Below, piece after piece: positions 11,707 through 24,678 of a stretch of 64,000 nt of DNA; within the stretch, counting starts at the first letter, position 1, and each line of letters opens with the position of its first letter. The position numbers and the translations under genes were made by a program. Origin of the DNA: Psammoneis japonica (Eukaryota); assembly GCA_008632985.1 (NCBI GenBank), contig QPGO01000022.1, positions 186,001 through 250,000 on the forward strand. The letters run 5' to 3'. The notes beneath the pieces are model-generated. The model had not been told where the DNA came from and made no database searches. It saw only the letters and a program-made list of their open reading frames with translations.

Positions 11707-12560
11707 ATGACGGCGGCCCAATCACACAAACTGTGTGACTTACTACTTGAACCATCCAAAGTGAAAGCCTTCAATAGACGGGGTAGCGTGTCAATGTGCG
11801 AAATTCACGAGATGGGTGACGCGACGAATCCAGCACACGAGAGTTGCTTCAACAAGTGGATTGTTCGCATGTACAGGATGGTAACAACATGGGGACTGCC
11901 TCGTCGCTCTTGTCTCGACTCTAAAGAAGGAATCCTCGAAAAGAAATAGTATCATTTTCACAATGCTATTGAACTGCTGGGGCTTCTTGGGGTGGGCAAG
12001 ACACAATTCGCCATTCGCCATGCAGCTTTGTATAGACACTCGGCATCAGACACAACAAGGTGGAGTGCAGGGCGAAGTTGCGTACATTGATGCCGAAGAA
12101 ATTTTAGTGCCGAACGGTGTCACGTCATGGCTGAGGTGAGAAAACAAAAAGCATTATCGTGGAATCCCCAAGCTTTGTAAAGCAACATCCGCTTATACTC
12201 TTCTCGTTGACCGATGCAGGCATTGACGTCTCATGTGCGAAACAAAGTGCATCATAGATCTTCAGTGCCTCGTGGATTCAAACGGGGGCCATTTTGAACG
12301 GAATCCGCGTCTTTCGGGTCTTTGATCAAGATGCCCAAACGGCTACAATCAACTTGTTTCATTAGCGGGGTGGCAGTCAAATCTCATATCTCCATTATCA
12401 CGGTCAATCAAGTGACTACCAAGGTGGACTCCGCTAGCACCGGCAGCTCAAGAGCAGTTCCTGTCTTGGGGGCATCCTGGGCACACGCTTGTACCAATCG
12501 AATTATGCTTTATCGAGTCGGCGAAGAAACATCGACTAGCAGTGCACGGCAATGTCATCT
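11707..12560 (+). pseudogene. Fragmented RAD51 paralog, RAD51C-like
   Basis: Walker A IELLGLLGVGKTQFA (~11968-12015), then MQLCIDT..GGVQGEVAYIDAE and FSAER across frame changes, and C-terminal VNQVTTK..VPVLGASWAHACTNRIML. There are several frameshifts, a 7-nt duplication (ttcgccattcgccat) and no recognisable Walker B. Confidence 0.6.
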
Positions 12561-12949
12561 TCATTGGAACTGCTTCCTACACGGTGGGAGAATTCAGCAT
12601 TCGTGACATTCGACAAAAACCAGTGTCACCGGCTCGTCATACTGACTATCCCGCAAAACGGCCACGAACACTGCACTACAGTAGAGACAAGAGAACAGAG
12701 GAAAGCAACTAGAAGTGAATTTGACATTCACAAAGCTGCCAAAACGGTGTCCTACTCTAGTTGTTATCACCTTAGATTCTCGACTGTAGGTGCGCGTGTG
12801 TGCAACAGTCCTAGCCAGCTTATCCTGGTGAAGAAGAGGAAATCTCGACTTAACTTGTTGTTGCTGTGTAGGCCCTACGATGACAACAACCGGGTTGTCC
12901 GAATCATGGATGTGATTGAGTAGACTAGACGCACGATCTAAGCATAGCA

Positions 12950-14600
12950 GCACCCCCTCCTTGGCCGCAGGCCTAGCTTCTCCCCACGATGTGTGGGGCA
13001 CCTGTTCCATGTTTAGGTTGTTGCATGATTAGAAACTTGGATTTTGAGCTTCTTCTTGGCCCGTTTTGCGGTCAGGCTGCGCAAGGCTGCATCCATCCTT
13101 CGCGCTGTCCTCGCGAATCCCTTTCATCCACCAGCGATGCACTTTGTGAATCCCAATCCACTGCACATGACTCTCATCACTTTGCAGTCCCAGGTTTTGT
13201 TGATTCTGGCTTTTTGAGTTTTGCAAAACCGCATTTTTGAGTGCAGGCATGTGTTGGTTGTGCGCATGTTCCGAGCCACAGGTGCCACGAAGATTCTGGG
13301 TTGAACATGTGATGCTCACCCGACCCACCATTCATGCGTGCAACAGTCAGCACCTTGGTCACTCAAAGACATGGCAACAACAAATTAAATTGCACCAACA
13401 ACAGCGTCAATTTTTCCACATCTCCAGAAGCCAAGCCATGTCATCTGCCTGAATGCAGGCAGTGTTGTGCACGTCAATGTGCCCAAACTGCGGGCGACAC
13501 AAAGGCTCTTTAACCAAACATCGCCGCTCACCCAAACCTTGCCAACCACAACTTGCAAAAGCAACAACACAACCTTGTTCATTCAAATGAATGGAAGCAA
13601 CTTGGGCAGTTGACAAAACTTGCCGACAGCCATCTGGAGCCAGCAAAGAATCAAGAGCCAGTGCACCCAGCCTTCCTCCTCTTCTTCTTCTTCTTGCCTT
13701 TTCAGTTGACCGTTTCCTCAATTTCTCTTTGTGTTCTCTCCAACTTTGCTCTTTCTGTCAGTGGACCATTTGCTTGGTTTCTCTCTTGATCTTTGGCTCT
13801 CTCAATCTCCAGCCCTCTCGAACGATCTTGAAGTCCACACCACCTCTCCACCAACTGAAATCTGCAATGGATGTGATTGTGCCAAATGCGAGAAATCCCC
13901 ATCATTTTCTTCTGCCACTGCTTTTGAATGGAAGGACACAGAAAACAGCGAGTGAGTGAGATGCGACAACATGGATCAAGAGCAGGTCAAGAAAGTCTGA
14001 AGTGCTGCAGAACCTTCATGAAAAGGGCACCATTGAGAGCACCTCCATCGGTCACCAGACTGGAGAAGAAGCACTCCATGTGCTTCAACACTTTGCAGAC
14101 AAGCAGCCCATCATCAGTTGCACGTCACTGTCTGTGAGCACTTGGCCCAAATGAAACAATCCCATCGCACTTCCATGCTGCGTTGCAAAGCATCATTCTT
14201 TTCATTTCAATTCGAGGCATGCTGTTGCACTCACACAAGAAGAAGCACACATGGGGGGGGGGATGCAAAGAACAAATTCCCATCACATCTTTAATTCAAT
14301 GAGAGCCCAATGTCTGATGGGTGTGCAAGGGTGTGCAAGAACACAAGATGACTCACTTTTGCAGAACAACTTTTCGCCAACAAACCCACGAAGTCAAGTG
14401 GAGGGGCAAACAGCAATTCGTGTGCCTTGTGAACACGTGGGCGCAGTCAGTCTGGTTTGATGTGACAGCCATTTTGAAACCGCCGATTTTGCATTTTGAA
14501 CCGAAATTGTGGGCGTTAGCAACGACTTTGGATGCATGTACCGGCATGGTAAATGGCAAGCAGGGTTACAGTGCATGTCTTGTCCGAACCATGCGACGTC
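12950..14600. mobile_element. Degenerate repeat-derived segment (TpA- and CpG-depleted), family not identified
   Basis: Abrupt switch to TG/CA-rich, TA-poor sequence, like the Copia block. No intact ORF or termini recognised. Boundaries are approximate. Confidence 0.45.
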
Positions 14601-15737
14601 AGCATTTCATTGTGTTACTTCTAGAGAGAGAGTACACCGCATTGAGTATTTCACATGCGAAATCGATTCTCGCTCCTTTTCGCGCGCGGAGCGACGCGAG
14701 AAGAGAGACCAAAACGCCGACAATGATCGTCACCCTCCAACGTCGCAGTCATTACTACCGGTAGCATAAGGATTGCACCCATTATCTCCGTGTTGAAATG
14801 GCGCATACGACGAACCCCAAACCATGGAGTTGTAGACTATTGCTAATTCAGCGTACTTAGGTCTAGTAGAAATCCCCAAGTCTGCGCCAGTCGGATTGCC
14901 GTCGTGGGCCGCGCAGACGAAGTTTGCATGCCATGAATTCGATATCACTGCAGAGCTTCATTAAGCAACTTGCTTGGATCGATGGTGCTCTTGAGTCTTT
15001 CACAAGCAGATGTGGAGAAGCTTTCGACTTCTCGCACACTTTGTATGGAAATGGTGGAACGGGCAAGGACGGAAATTTTGGGCGTGGCCCTTTAGATGGA
15101 TACGAAGGACGTCTCGAGGAGTACATGGAACACTGCTTGAGTACATCCAAAGAGTATGAGCTCTAGTCTGGCCAAGCCTTGTGCACATTACCGGGACACT
15201 ATTGGAAGAGTCCCACAAGAAATGCTGAAACTCGTTTACCCCAAGATTCTCCCTGCTCTCCCTTTTCAATAGTGGAGACTCCCGCTGCGAACGCTTCCAT
15301 GGCACCTGCTGCGTACTTCATGGCTTGGCTGTGCAGATTCTTTGGCACCCAGGACAGGCACATTTCGCGTAAATACGTCGGATGTTGCAGTGCGGACGCC
15401 TTTATTCCATTTGTGTTTCAACACCTAAATGCTAGTAGAAGCATGTCTTTGTCGTGAACACAGTAGAGAACAATAAGTTTAGTGAACACTTTGCAACTTA
15501 CTGCAGTCTCCCCTTTGATACAAGTATGCACAAGCTCACCAAAACAGGTATAGAGAGCTGTTCTAGTTTTCGAGACGCGAGGGGCCGTTGCCCTAGCACC
15601 TCCAAATTGCACGGGTCTCCTCGTACAACCTTGGGGGTACAGAACGTGGGCGCACCGTTGGATAGAGCCGTGCAGTAGCAAAGTGCTTTCTGCTGGTCTG
15701 GACGAGCTTTTTCTAGGAGAGAGAGAGAGAGAGTCAT

Positions 15738-18700
15738 TCACTTTGTTGTGAGCTGATTACTGTTTCTTCCGTCGATTCGCCACTGTCCACCCACGACCCC
15801 GGCACCAATTGCTACCGCTGCTGCTAGTCCAAAGGTGTTCTTGGAACGCGACAAACCATACATTACACGAGGCAACAACGTCCGCTTGCCTTTGCCACTG
15901 GAGCGATCGAATGGTTTCAGTCCTTTGCGGAGCGTCAACAAGTCGTTCAAGCTGTTTACTATCCTTCTCGTCGAGCCCACAGTCGAATCTACAAGTCGGG
16001 TGGAAGTCTCATCCAAAGGAAACGTCTTACCGTATACGCAAGAGACAACACGGCTTCGTTCCTCCTTTCTCGAAATGACTTGATCCCAGGTTTCCACCAA
16101 GTCACGTCGGTTAAGAGATCGAATAGACCCTGCAAGTGTCTTTGCACTCTCCCAGGGCAGTTCCTCCGCTCCTCGACCTCTGGCTAGCACTTCCGGTCCG
16201 TATCGACGTATTTTTGTGAAATGAATGGACGCTTCTGAACCAAGATTCTGAATAGGCTTTAAAAGCTTTGTACTCAAAGCGTCCGCATGGTCGGTGATTT
16301 CTGACGGTGGCATGTGCAGCAGAATGCTACGGAACCCTTCTAGAAACTCGTCAACACGAGTGGCGACTTCAGTTGGCGACACCTTGCGACTCAGAACATT
16401 GATCACAATAAAGTCGACAGGAACTGTCCAAGGAAGAGCATCGTCTTCTTGGTTTTGCGGGCGACAAGAAACACCTACATCATGGTACGAGTTGACAATA
16501 TACCCCAGCTGTTGTTTTGTTCGTAACTCATCGAACAGCGGCTCTCGCAACATGTGACATATCAAACGAATGGAAGCTGACCGTCTGAGGCTAGCTGGTG
16601 AGGAAAAATGCAGCCCTTTGAAACTTGGCAGTTGCGACTGATATGTTACAAGCACCGCACCATTTTCCTCTTGCGGGTTCTTACTCGCAAAGTGAAGCTC
16701 CAAATCTTCGCCAGGGATGAGTCTTCGCTCGTTCAGGCCTGGTGAATTAATACAAGTATGAAAACAATGGGGTGAGACATTGGATCCTTTCGTTCTTCCA
16801 ATAGACAACCTCGAAAGCTCTCACCCGGAATCCAAGACATGTTCGACTTAATAACGTCACCGACATTTTTTGCTGACGCTTGTCGAACAATTTTTGTTGC
16901 TTTTTCAAAGAATTCCGTAGCCTCGTCAGATGATACATTCCCCGTGAACAGACAATCAATCTCACGTTCTTCATTGAGAAGCAAACCTTCGTGATGACCA
17001 CGCAGCGATTCAAGAGTCATCATTTCTGCGGCCAACAGGACCTATCGAGGCCCTCCTCCTTGGACGAAACAAGTAAGTCACGGTAGTACATGGCATGGGA
17101 ATCTGCTCTCCTAGACTGGAAGTATGTTCTCAAGTTTCGCTCGAGCCTATCTTTGCTGGAAGCGAAGTAGGACTCTTTCAGAAATGTGTCGGAAGATTCA
17201 AGCGAGCAAAAGCTTTCCAGAATTGTCAATGCTAAATCTGGAAGTCTATCGGAGTACCCGCTGCAACTGATATGAATTCCAGTTGCCGAATTAGATAGAG
17301 ACCAATGCAAACCGGCAAGGCTTGCGTCGTACGTCTCCTGAGCCAATGCCTCGGAAAAACTCCAGTTAACATTGCAGATCGGATTCCAGCGTCGACATTA
17401 TACTCCCATGTACCATCGCTTTCATTACGAACATTCTCCACAGCAGCGTTTCTAATCAAGAATGTCAAAGAAGCCTTGGGCAATGCATACCTGTCATCCA
17501 GTCGGTGCCAGAGACGATCTGAACGAACGTTTTAGATAACGGTGCTCAGCTGTGAGCGTCAACTGTCCAATCGATCGATAAAGGAAAGAAAGCAAGTACC
17601 ATAACTCACCTGGACCGTCCTGGCCGACGATGAGATTTGGAGGGCTGATCTCCTTATCAATACGAGGGCCTAGCGTTGCTTCTTTCGGGAGATCTTTGCA
17701 GAGCTCAAGCGATCGTGGTATGAATCGATTAGGTGAAGGTAGAAATAACTTTTCGTCGGCTGGTGACGGGACTCTCCCACTCCATTTTTGCACAACGTCC
17801 TGCTCGATCTCTGTAACATAGTACTCCACACCGTACCACTTTTCTGTCTTCTTTCCAAACGGAGAGCTTTCGCCGTTCGTCCTAGAAACATCCTCGGCGG
17901 TCTGCAGTTCGTCCCATGCCGCCTGACTGCAGCGTTCAACAATGCAGTTGCTGGGTACAAGTCTCGATGAAAAGTCCACAAACTCATCAAGTGGTAGTGT
18001 TTCGTCGGTTTCGTTTAGCATACTCCCAGCACTGATACAAGTGGTAGTACCTTGTGTCACAATGCTTTGAGCCAAACTTGGTGCAAATGAATAGGCTTGG
18101 CCAGGCGACGTCATATTGAAATGAACCCTATCAAGCTTAGCGTTCTCACCCCAAATCCGCCGCAAGGCTTCGTGCTCGGTGCCGTTCTTTCTCTCTTTGG
18201 CCAATACGGCTGTGTTATGCAACAACCGACAGTGCGCAAAAAGAGCATCAACAACGTCTTGCCAATGATTTTCACCATGTTCGGTGAGCGATACGCTAAC
18301 TTGAAACAAAGAATGATCTGGTCCCGAGACGCGTGGCCCCGCCGTCAACGAACTTATGAAGCCATCGTTCTGTAATGCTGCAAATGACGATCCCGGACCT
18401 TCGTGACCTAGCAGATGGCTCAGCAACCGAGAGGGGGACTGGTCTGGAAACCGCCGTGTTGAAGGTAACGGAAACATCAAAACGAGTTTTCGCATCGAGC
18501 GCACTGGTTTTGACGTGAGTAGAACCGGCCACTTTCCGCCCTGCAGTTCGGGACGGAACGCAGGATTGAACGGAGGTATTGGCTCGTCGTAAGCATCACT
18601 TGACACCTCTTTCGCAGCCTCTTCAACGAGTTTCTCAGCTTCTGTCCAATTGTTCTTGTCAAGTGGAAAAGGCTTTGGTTGAATACAGGCAAATCTGGGT

Positions 18701-19455
18701 ACCACCCATTCTTGAAGGGTGTCAAGAGACTGCGGCCCAACAATGACAACTGTCATGTTGGTGGGTCGGTAGTGCCGACGATGAAATGTGAGCAAAGCAT
18801 CTCGGACCCACTTTGTCTGAGCAACATCTTGTGCCGCATTCAAGGTAGTCTCATTTCCTGTGCTGAATTTGGAGTAATAGTGATCTGGATCAGCCAGGGC
18901 TTTCATGATTTGAAGTCGACGTCTCCCATCGGCGGTGCGGTTCTTGGAGTCTTCACTGTCGACCGCCTGTACCTCTCGGCTCGTCCCGGATTCTGTAAAG
19001 AGAGGCGAAACGAAAAAGTTGGAAAACATATCCACCGCCTGTTCTGCGTGTTCGGCGAGAACATCGAATTTGTATGTTGTGAGATGCATTGATGTTGAGG
19101 CGTTGGACCTTCCCCCGTGGCATGACAGATAGTGCTTGTACTCGTTCTCTCCCGGGTATTTCTCGGAGCCAAGGAAGCACATATGTTCGGTGAAATGAGC
19201 CAGACCACTTAAGCTTCTCGGATCCGCGGCTGCCCCAGTATTGACGCAAGCAGCCATAGCTGTAGTCTTGCTTTCCTTGTCGTTCACGAGCATGCACGTA
19301 ACACCATTCGGGAGTTTCAGTGGTCGGTACTTTCTCCAGTCAGCCGTACCTTTGACGACATTTTCAGTTGGAGTGTTGAGCCCCTCGCCCTCCAGGTGTC
19401 CCACCGATTGCATATCCTTCATCTTGGTCGTACTCGTAGGTATGCAGCGTTCCAT
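15738..19455 (-). CDS. M16A metallopeptidase (insulin-degrading enzyme / nardilysin-like), multi-exon
   Basis: HXXEH motif GLAHFTEHMCFLGSEKYP, LLGHEGPGS, LPSPNRFIP, GYSDRL and FDELRTKQQLGYIV. Introns near 17535-17610 and 16735-16825, plus apparent 1-nt frameshifts. Confidence 0.9.
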
Positions 19456-19724
19456 ATTCACTGGTCGTTTTTCCGCATCTATGATGTGGGGCCATGGTGT
19501 TGTCGGTGAAGTGTGTTATTGGACATTAAAGAGGGGGGGGCATTTTTCTCTGTTGGACTGGGTACTTCATCGTAATCGTCCGTTCGTTTCAAAGAGACGT
19601 AAACTATGGGGGGAATCGTTTTTCCGCTGATGTATCACCCTTCTGTCCAAACACAACATCCGGGTGGTTTTGACAGCGAAACAGCGACAAAGTGACAACC
19701 AACACCAAAGGCGAGGACGACGCG

Positions 19725-20756
19725 ATGGCGTCGAGAGACAAAGACGACAAACGCTTTACCAGCAAGTTCTTTCAGTCACATAAAAAACGTCCCTTGGAAG
19801 AATGTATCCAACAAAGCAAGCCATGTCCCAAAACAGCTCCAAGAAGTGAAATTTCGGAAGGAAGCGGCTCCTCTGCACCGAAAAAGAACGTCGAACACTC
19901 ATCACCCGAAAACTCTACTCCAAGCAAAAAGGCTCGTTCAGAAGGCTTGTCGTCGAAAAATACTACTTCTAGGGAAACTGACAACGATTTCGAAGATAAG
20001 ACAGCCATGACAATGGACACTCTCACTGGTTCAGCCGACGAAAACTGCGAATCGACCACGCAACGAAACGATCTGATTTCACAGAAGAAACGTAATCCGT
20101 TTGCGCAATTTTCTTTTCCTTCCAATTCTGCTCAAAGTGATGGTTTGAAAGTCGCCTGGAAGAAGAAGTCAGGCTCTGAAAGAAATGCAGGGAAGTCGGA
20201 CGACAAAAAATTGCGACACGGCGAGAGGAAAACTGAGTCTTCTTCTAAGAAATCGGAAGCGTCCTCAAGCAATAAGGGAAAATCTGGCTGGGTTAGAATG
20301 GCAGATATTGACCAGGAGGAGCAAGAAAGAATCAAGCGTAAATGGCAGAGCTTGGCTGATCCTGATGCGCCACTAGAAGTTAGGCGTTTTCAAGTGTTGG
20401 TCGCAGCACGACTACATGCAAGATGTCAGGAACCTGTTGTACGAAAAGCAATGAAGGCTCTGTGCGACGTCTTTGAAGCAATAGACGAGTCGCCGGGCTT
20501 GTGTGCAGCAGCGGTTGCGAAAGCGGATCCAGAAGTTTTGGCTCATGTTATTTCATCAATTCAGTATTTCAATGTGAAGGCGAAGCATATTGTCAAGGCA
20601 GCTCAAGAAGTCCAAAGTAGCTTTGGTGGGGTGGTACCGGAATCAGAACATTCTTTGAAACAATTAACTGGAATTGGACCAGTGATGGCCGACTTGCTGG
20701 CCTTTGTCAATGCCCGAGCCGCATACCTCGATGACAAAACCGAATTGCAAAATTAA
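19725..20756 (+). CDS. HhH-GPD (endonuclease III/NTH-like) protein with long disordered N-terminus, ending just after the HhH motif
   Basis: RFQVLVAARL, IQYFNVKAKHI, FGGVVP and HhH LKQLTGIGPVMADLL. Confidence 0.7.
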   Translation: MASRDKDDKRFTSKFFQSHKKRPLEECIQQSKPCPKTAPRSEISEGSGSSAPKKNVEHSSPENSTPSKKARSEGLSSKNTTSRETDNDFEDKTAMTMDTLTGSADENCESTTQRNDLISQKKRNPFAQFSFPSNSAQSDGLKVAWKKKSGSERNAGKSDDKKLRHGERKTESSSKKSEASSSNKGKSGWVRMADIDQEEQERIKRKWQSLADPDAPLEVRRFQVLVAARLHARCQEPVVRKAMKALCDVFEAIDESPGLCAAAVAKADPEVLAHVISSIQYFNVKAKHIVKAAQEVQSSFGGVVPESEHSLKQLTGIGPVMADLLAFVNARAAYLDDKTELQN

Positions 20757-21146
20757 AAAGCAAGCTAACACAGATAGTTACGGTTTACTCGTTTCCAATA
20801 GTATACTAAGTTCTTGCCGCCGTTGCATTACGTACTAGTACATCAAATCGATCGACTGCCGGTTTGTCGTCCTCTTCGCAATAAGAAAAACAGCGAAAAT
20901 GCCAACGCGACAAAGTTCCCTCCGACAGGTACGCCGCACGTCGTACATCTTCTACGGCCCAAATTGACAGCTTTACTCTCTGTGAACTTTGAACACTGTG
21001 AACACATCAAAACCTCTCCACTCGCTACACTGTATAGTAATAAGGATCGACATTCCCATTGTTGGGTTGCTATGCTCACTTCTTGTGGCCGTAATATCAA
21101 AAGGAGACCGCTATAGCACGTCTGATAGGTATCACCCGAAAATATT

Positions 21147-23209
21147 ATGCCTACTATCTTCGAAACAGAAAGCAAGTTGTACAATAACGAGCACAAAAGT
21201 GCCGTTCAAGGAGGAGCTCCCGAAGTACCGGTAGTGTCCGCTCAAATGGAAAACGTTTCTGCTACAGCCTCTGCGCTTGTCATTTCTGCCGCAGATAAAG
21301 CAGGCATGGAAGGAATTGATCGAGCCAGAATTGATGCGATTATCCTCCGAGAGAGTGGCAATTCAGCCTTTATGAGACAACAACGAAAACGTGACCAGAA
21401 TGTAAATGAGAAAATCGAGCAAATGAAGAAGCGTCTTGCTAAACAAGACAAGAGATATAGCGCACAAGAATGGCGGCGGAAACAAGAAGCTGAGCTCGAG
21501 CCAGAAATCAAGGAGCTTCTCTCACGGAGAAGGTGTCGATCCACCTGTGTGGTCGTAGACATGGATAGCTTCTTCATTAGTTGCGAACTCCTCTCACGTC
21601 CAGAACTGAGAAGTGTACCGGCTTGCGTAGGTGGTAACATGATATCAACCAGTAACTACTGTGCCAGAAGATATGGGGTGCGATCAGCAATGGCGGGTTG
21701 GATTGGGGACAAGCTAGTTTCGGAATTATCAGGGGGGAAGGAGAAGCTCATTCATCTTCCTTCAAACTTTCAGTTATACACAGAACTCGCCCATAAGGTG
21801 CGAAAGGTGGTGGCTGAGTATGATCCCAATATGAGGGCGTACAGTCTTGACGAAGTTTATCTTGATATTGGCCCTTACGTAGCCCTCAAGCTTGGCAAAC
21901 GATTACCACATCAAGATATTGTTGCTGTTCTGACGTCCCTGCGCGATGGAATTGAGAATCGGTCTGACGAAGCGAATGTAAAAGAAATTGATGACGATGA
22001 TGAGCACGATAAATCTGTTGAGGATCTTGCTGGGTTTTCTGTGGAATTGTCGTTATCTACCGCTGCGTCCGTCGTTGCAGAAATGAGAAGGCGGTCCACG
22101 AGGCGACCGGGCTCACGTGCTCCGCAGGACTGGCCTCCAATTTCATGCTTGCAAAGATTGCGAGTGACCGAAACAAGCCCAATGGGCAGCTAGTAGTGCC
22201 TCCGTCTCATAGCGATGTGCTCTCCTTTCTTCACAAACTTCCAATACGAAAGATCCCTGGCGTCGGTAGAGTTACTGAAAAGACCCTCAACGCGTTTAAG
22301 ATCAACACGGTCAAGGATTTGTTTGATGAACGGGCTTTGGTACGTTTTCTCTTTAAGCCAGCCACCGGGCAATTTCTTCTACGGGCGTCATTGGGTTGTT
22401 CCAGTAGCGATGGAGCCTCCCAAGATGACGAACCGTCGGAGCGAAAGGGAATAAGTAGAGAGCGGACATTCCGGGCGGGAGAGTGCTGGGCGCAAGTAAA
22501 TTCTCGTTTAGAAGACATCGCCAGAAAGTTGTCATCGGATATGAAAGAGAAGGACTTGAAGGCTCACACGATTACACTCAAGGTGAAGCTTGCTACATTT
22601 GATGTTATGAATCGTTCTCGAACGATGCCCCGAGGCGTCCTTCTTCAAGAAGCAGAGACGATGGTATCGCTGGCGACGGAAATGCTTTTGGAATTGAAAA
22701 AGCAACACAAAGGAGGACAATTTTCTGTTCGACTGCTCGGGGTTCGATGCTCCAACTTCCAAGGTGACGATGAGAAGGTTGACGCAGGTCAAATGAATAT
22801 TGACAAGTTTTTCTGCAGCCCCATGAAAGAAGCTGGGCCATCCCAACAAGTCAAACGAGCAAGGACACCCGTGAATGCGGGAGAGGATCCTACTTCTCTT
22901 ATGAGTGACAGCTGCGTTGCTCCGTCATTTGATGTTGTAGGCAGCACTGAGGTTGATCCTTCAAATCCAGAGACAGCCCCGGCGGCTGATTCGTTGGAAA
23001 GTGCGACCTCGGCTTCGTCCCATGCCACGTGTCCAATGTGCAATCAAGTTATTGCTGGTGGCGATAATGACGCATTGAATCGTCACATCGACGCCTGCTT
23101 GAATGCATCCTATGTTCGAAAAGCTATTCGTGAAGAATCCGCTGCAGCAAATGAACGCCAGACGAAAAAGAAGCGGCTGACGGATTTCTTTGGAAAGAAC
23201 AAGGCCTGA
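21147..23209 (+). CDS. POLK: Y-family DNA polymerase kappa (one apparent 1-nt frameshift near 22090)
   Basis: N-clasp KAGMEGIDRARID, VVVDMDSFF, STSNYCARRYGVRSAM, SLDEVYLD, LAKIASDRNKPNGQ, IRKIPGVGRVT, VRLLGVR, UBZ finger CPMC..LNRHIDAC and a PIP-like end LTDFF. Confidence 0.9.
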
Positions 23210-23262
23210 ATGCTTTGTCAAGTAAGACTAAGCTATTATACGCTACACTATTTCACCACCGC

Positions 23263-24378
23263 TTACTGTTTTTCAATTTTTGTGTCATCCTCCGGCTTTG
23301 CGTCAGCAGCTGTCTCTTCTTTCTTTTCTTCCTCTTTGGTCTCCTTTTCTCCAGTCATAGCACCCACCTCATCGTTGTATTGAATTTTGTTGGATACCAA
23401 GTCGTGCAGCGCAATGACACTCCGAATGAGCGCACTGAGGTAAATCGCCATGTGCATATCATTGGACTTGATCAGCATGGCTTTTACCAGCTCGTCCGTG
23501 TTTAGATTGGGCAGGAGGTTGAGAATAGTTTGCATATTTGCCGAAATGTCCTGATTGATAACTTTGTCTCCCCTGACACAGGCTTCCAAGTAATCCTTCA
23601 TTTCGACAAGCTTCTCTGTCAATGTGGCCAGTCCGGCCATTTTCGCCTTGATAAGACTGGCTACCGTCGAGACTGTGGGGTCGTTAATGTCTCTCAGCAA
23701 GTGCTCCACGCCGACTTCTTCGGCTTCCATAGCCCCAATGAGAGACGGCACGTGCGCAAAGGTCATTCGCACCTGCTGTTGTCTCTGAGATGTCTTTCCG
23801 GCCTCCACTTCTTCTACGGCACGATATGCTGTCGTGGGTATGGAGGGTCGGTCCGGCCTAACGTCGACAATGCAAAAGACGGGCGGAGTCAATGCTCCCG
23901 CTGGTACAAAGCGCTTGACAATGTCGTGGATGCGCATATCGTTGGGGCGAATTTGAGGCCCCGTTGAGTAGAATCCCACGACCCGCTCCTTGGCGTTGAC
24001 TTTGCGAAACATCACCAGCATGTTCTCCACGTAGTTGTGATCAAAGTAAAACACCGCCTGAAGTTGCATATGTACAGAAAACGACATCGTCAGTAACAGA
24101 ACTGAGAGCGCTCGATTGAGACAAGCCACACGAATTAGACTTACAGGATTGCGGGAGTCCTCTTCAAACGGAACCGCAAAAGAGTTACTGGCATCGACTC
24201 TGCCCCGATGAACGGTTCCCAAGAGGATCCCGACGACTCGCTTTCGGGTGCCGCGTGCTACTCGATGATAGTGATCTGCGGCGCTTAGAAGAACGAGAGG
24301 GTGCACCGTCACATCCACAACGTCACCTAGCATGGATGCTTTGGGGGCTGGTACATCTTCTTCTTCTGTGGACGACAT
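23263..24378 (-). CDS. RPN8: 26S proteasome lid subunit RPN8 (MPN domain), in-frame intron 24058-24144
   Basis: VHPLVLLSAADHY, RVVGILLG, NSFAVPFEED, EAEEVGVEHLLRDI and YLSALIRSVIALHDL. Confidence 0.95.
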   Translation of the reverse strand: MSSTEEEDVPAPKASMLGDVVDVTVHPLVLLSAADHYHRVARGTRKRVVGILLGTVHRGRVDASNSFAVPFEEDSRNPVSLIRVACLNRALSVLLLTMSFSVHMQLQAVFYFDHNYVENMLVMFRKVNAKERVVGFYSTGPQIRPNDMRIHDIVKRFVPAGALTPPVFCIVDVRPDRPSIPTTAYRAVEEVEAGKTSQRQQQVRMTFAHVPSLIGAMEAEEVGVEHLLRDINDPTVSTVASLIKAKMAGLATLTEKLVEMKDYLEACVRGDKVINQDISANMQTILNLLPNLNTDELVKAMLIKSNDMHMAIYLSALIRSVIALHDLVSNKIQYNDEVGAMTGEKETKEEEKKEETAADAKPEDDTKIEKQ

Positions 24379-24678
24379 GGATAAATGATTGAAACGATAG
24401 ATGCAATGACGACGTGGCGGTGCAAAACGGTGTGTTGCTCATGGTTGTGTACCGTAGACGCGCCTGCTTCTTGCGCCCGTGTTCCGTGCTTCGAGCTCGT
24501 TCTTTCGGCTTCGGGGCAAACAAAAGATTCTCATTCATTTGGATTCCAGATTCCTTTTATTTGCGCGAGAACAACGCGCGACAAGCTCATCTTCACATAC
24601 ATCACCTGCCACAGAAAGAAACTGGAGTGCAAAAAAGGGACACAAGCAACTGGATGATTTGATGGGTGTTGGATAACC

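Noticed and set aside
14720..15460. Short ORFs 14924-15166 and 15179-15457 as a gene
   Set aside because: No recognisable motif or consistent splice model. It could be a small or broken gene, but I cannot support it.
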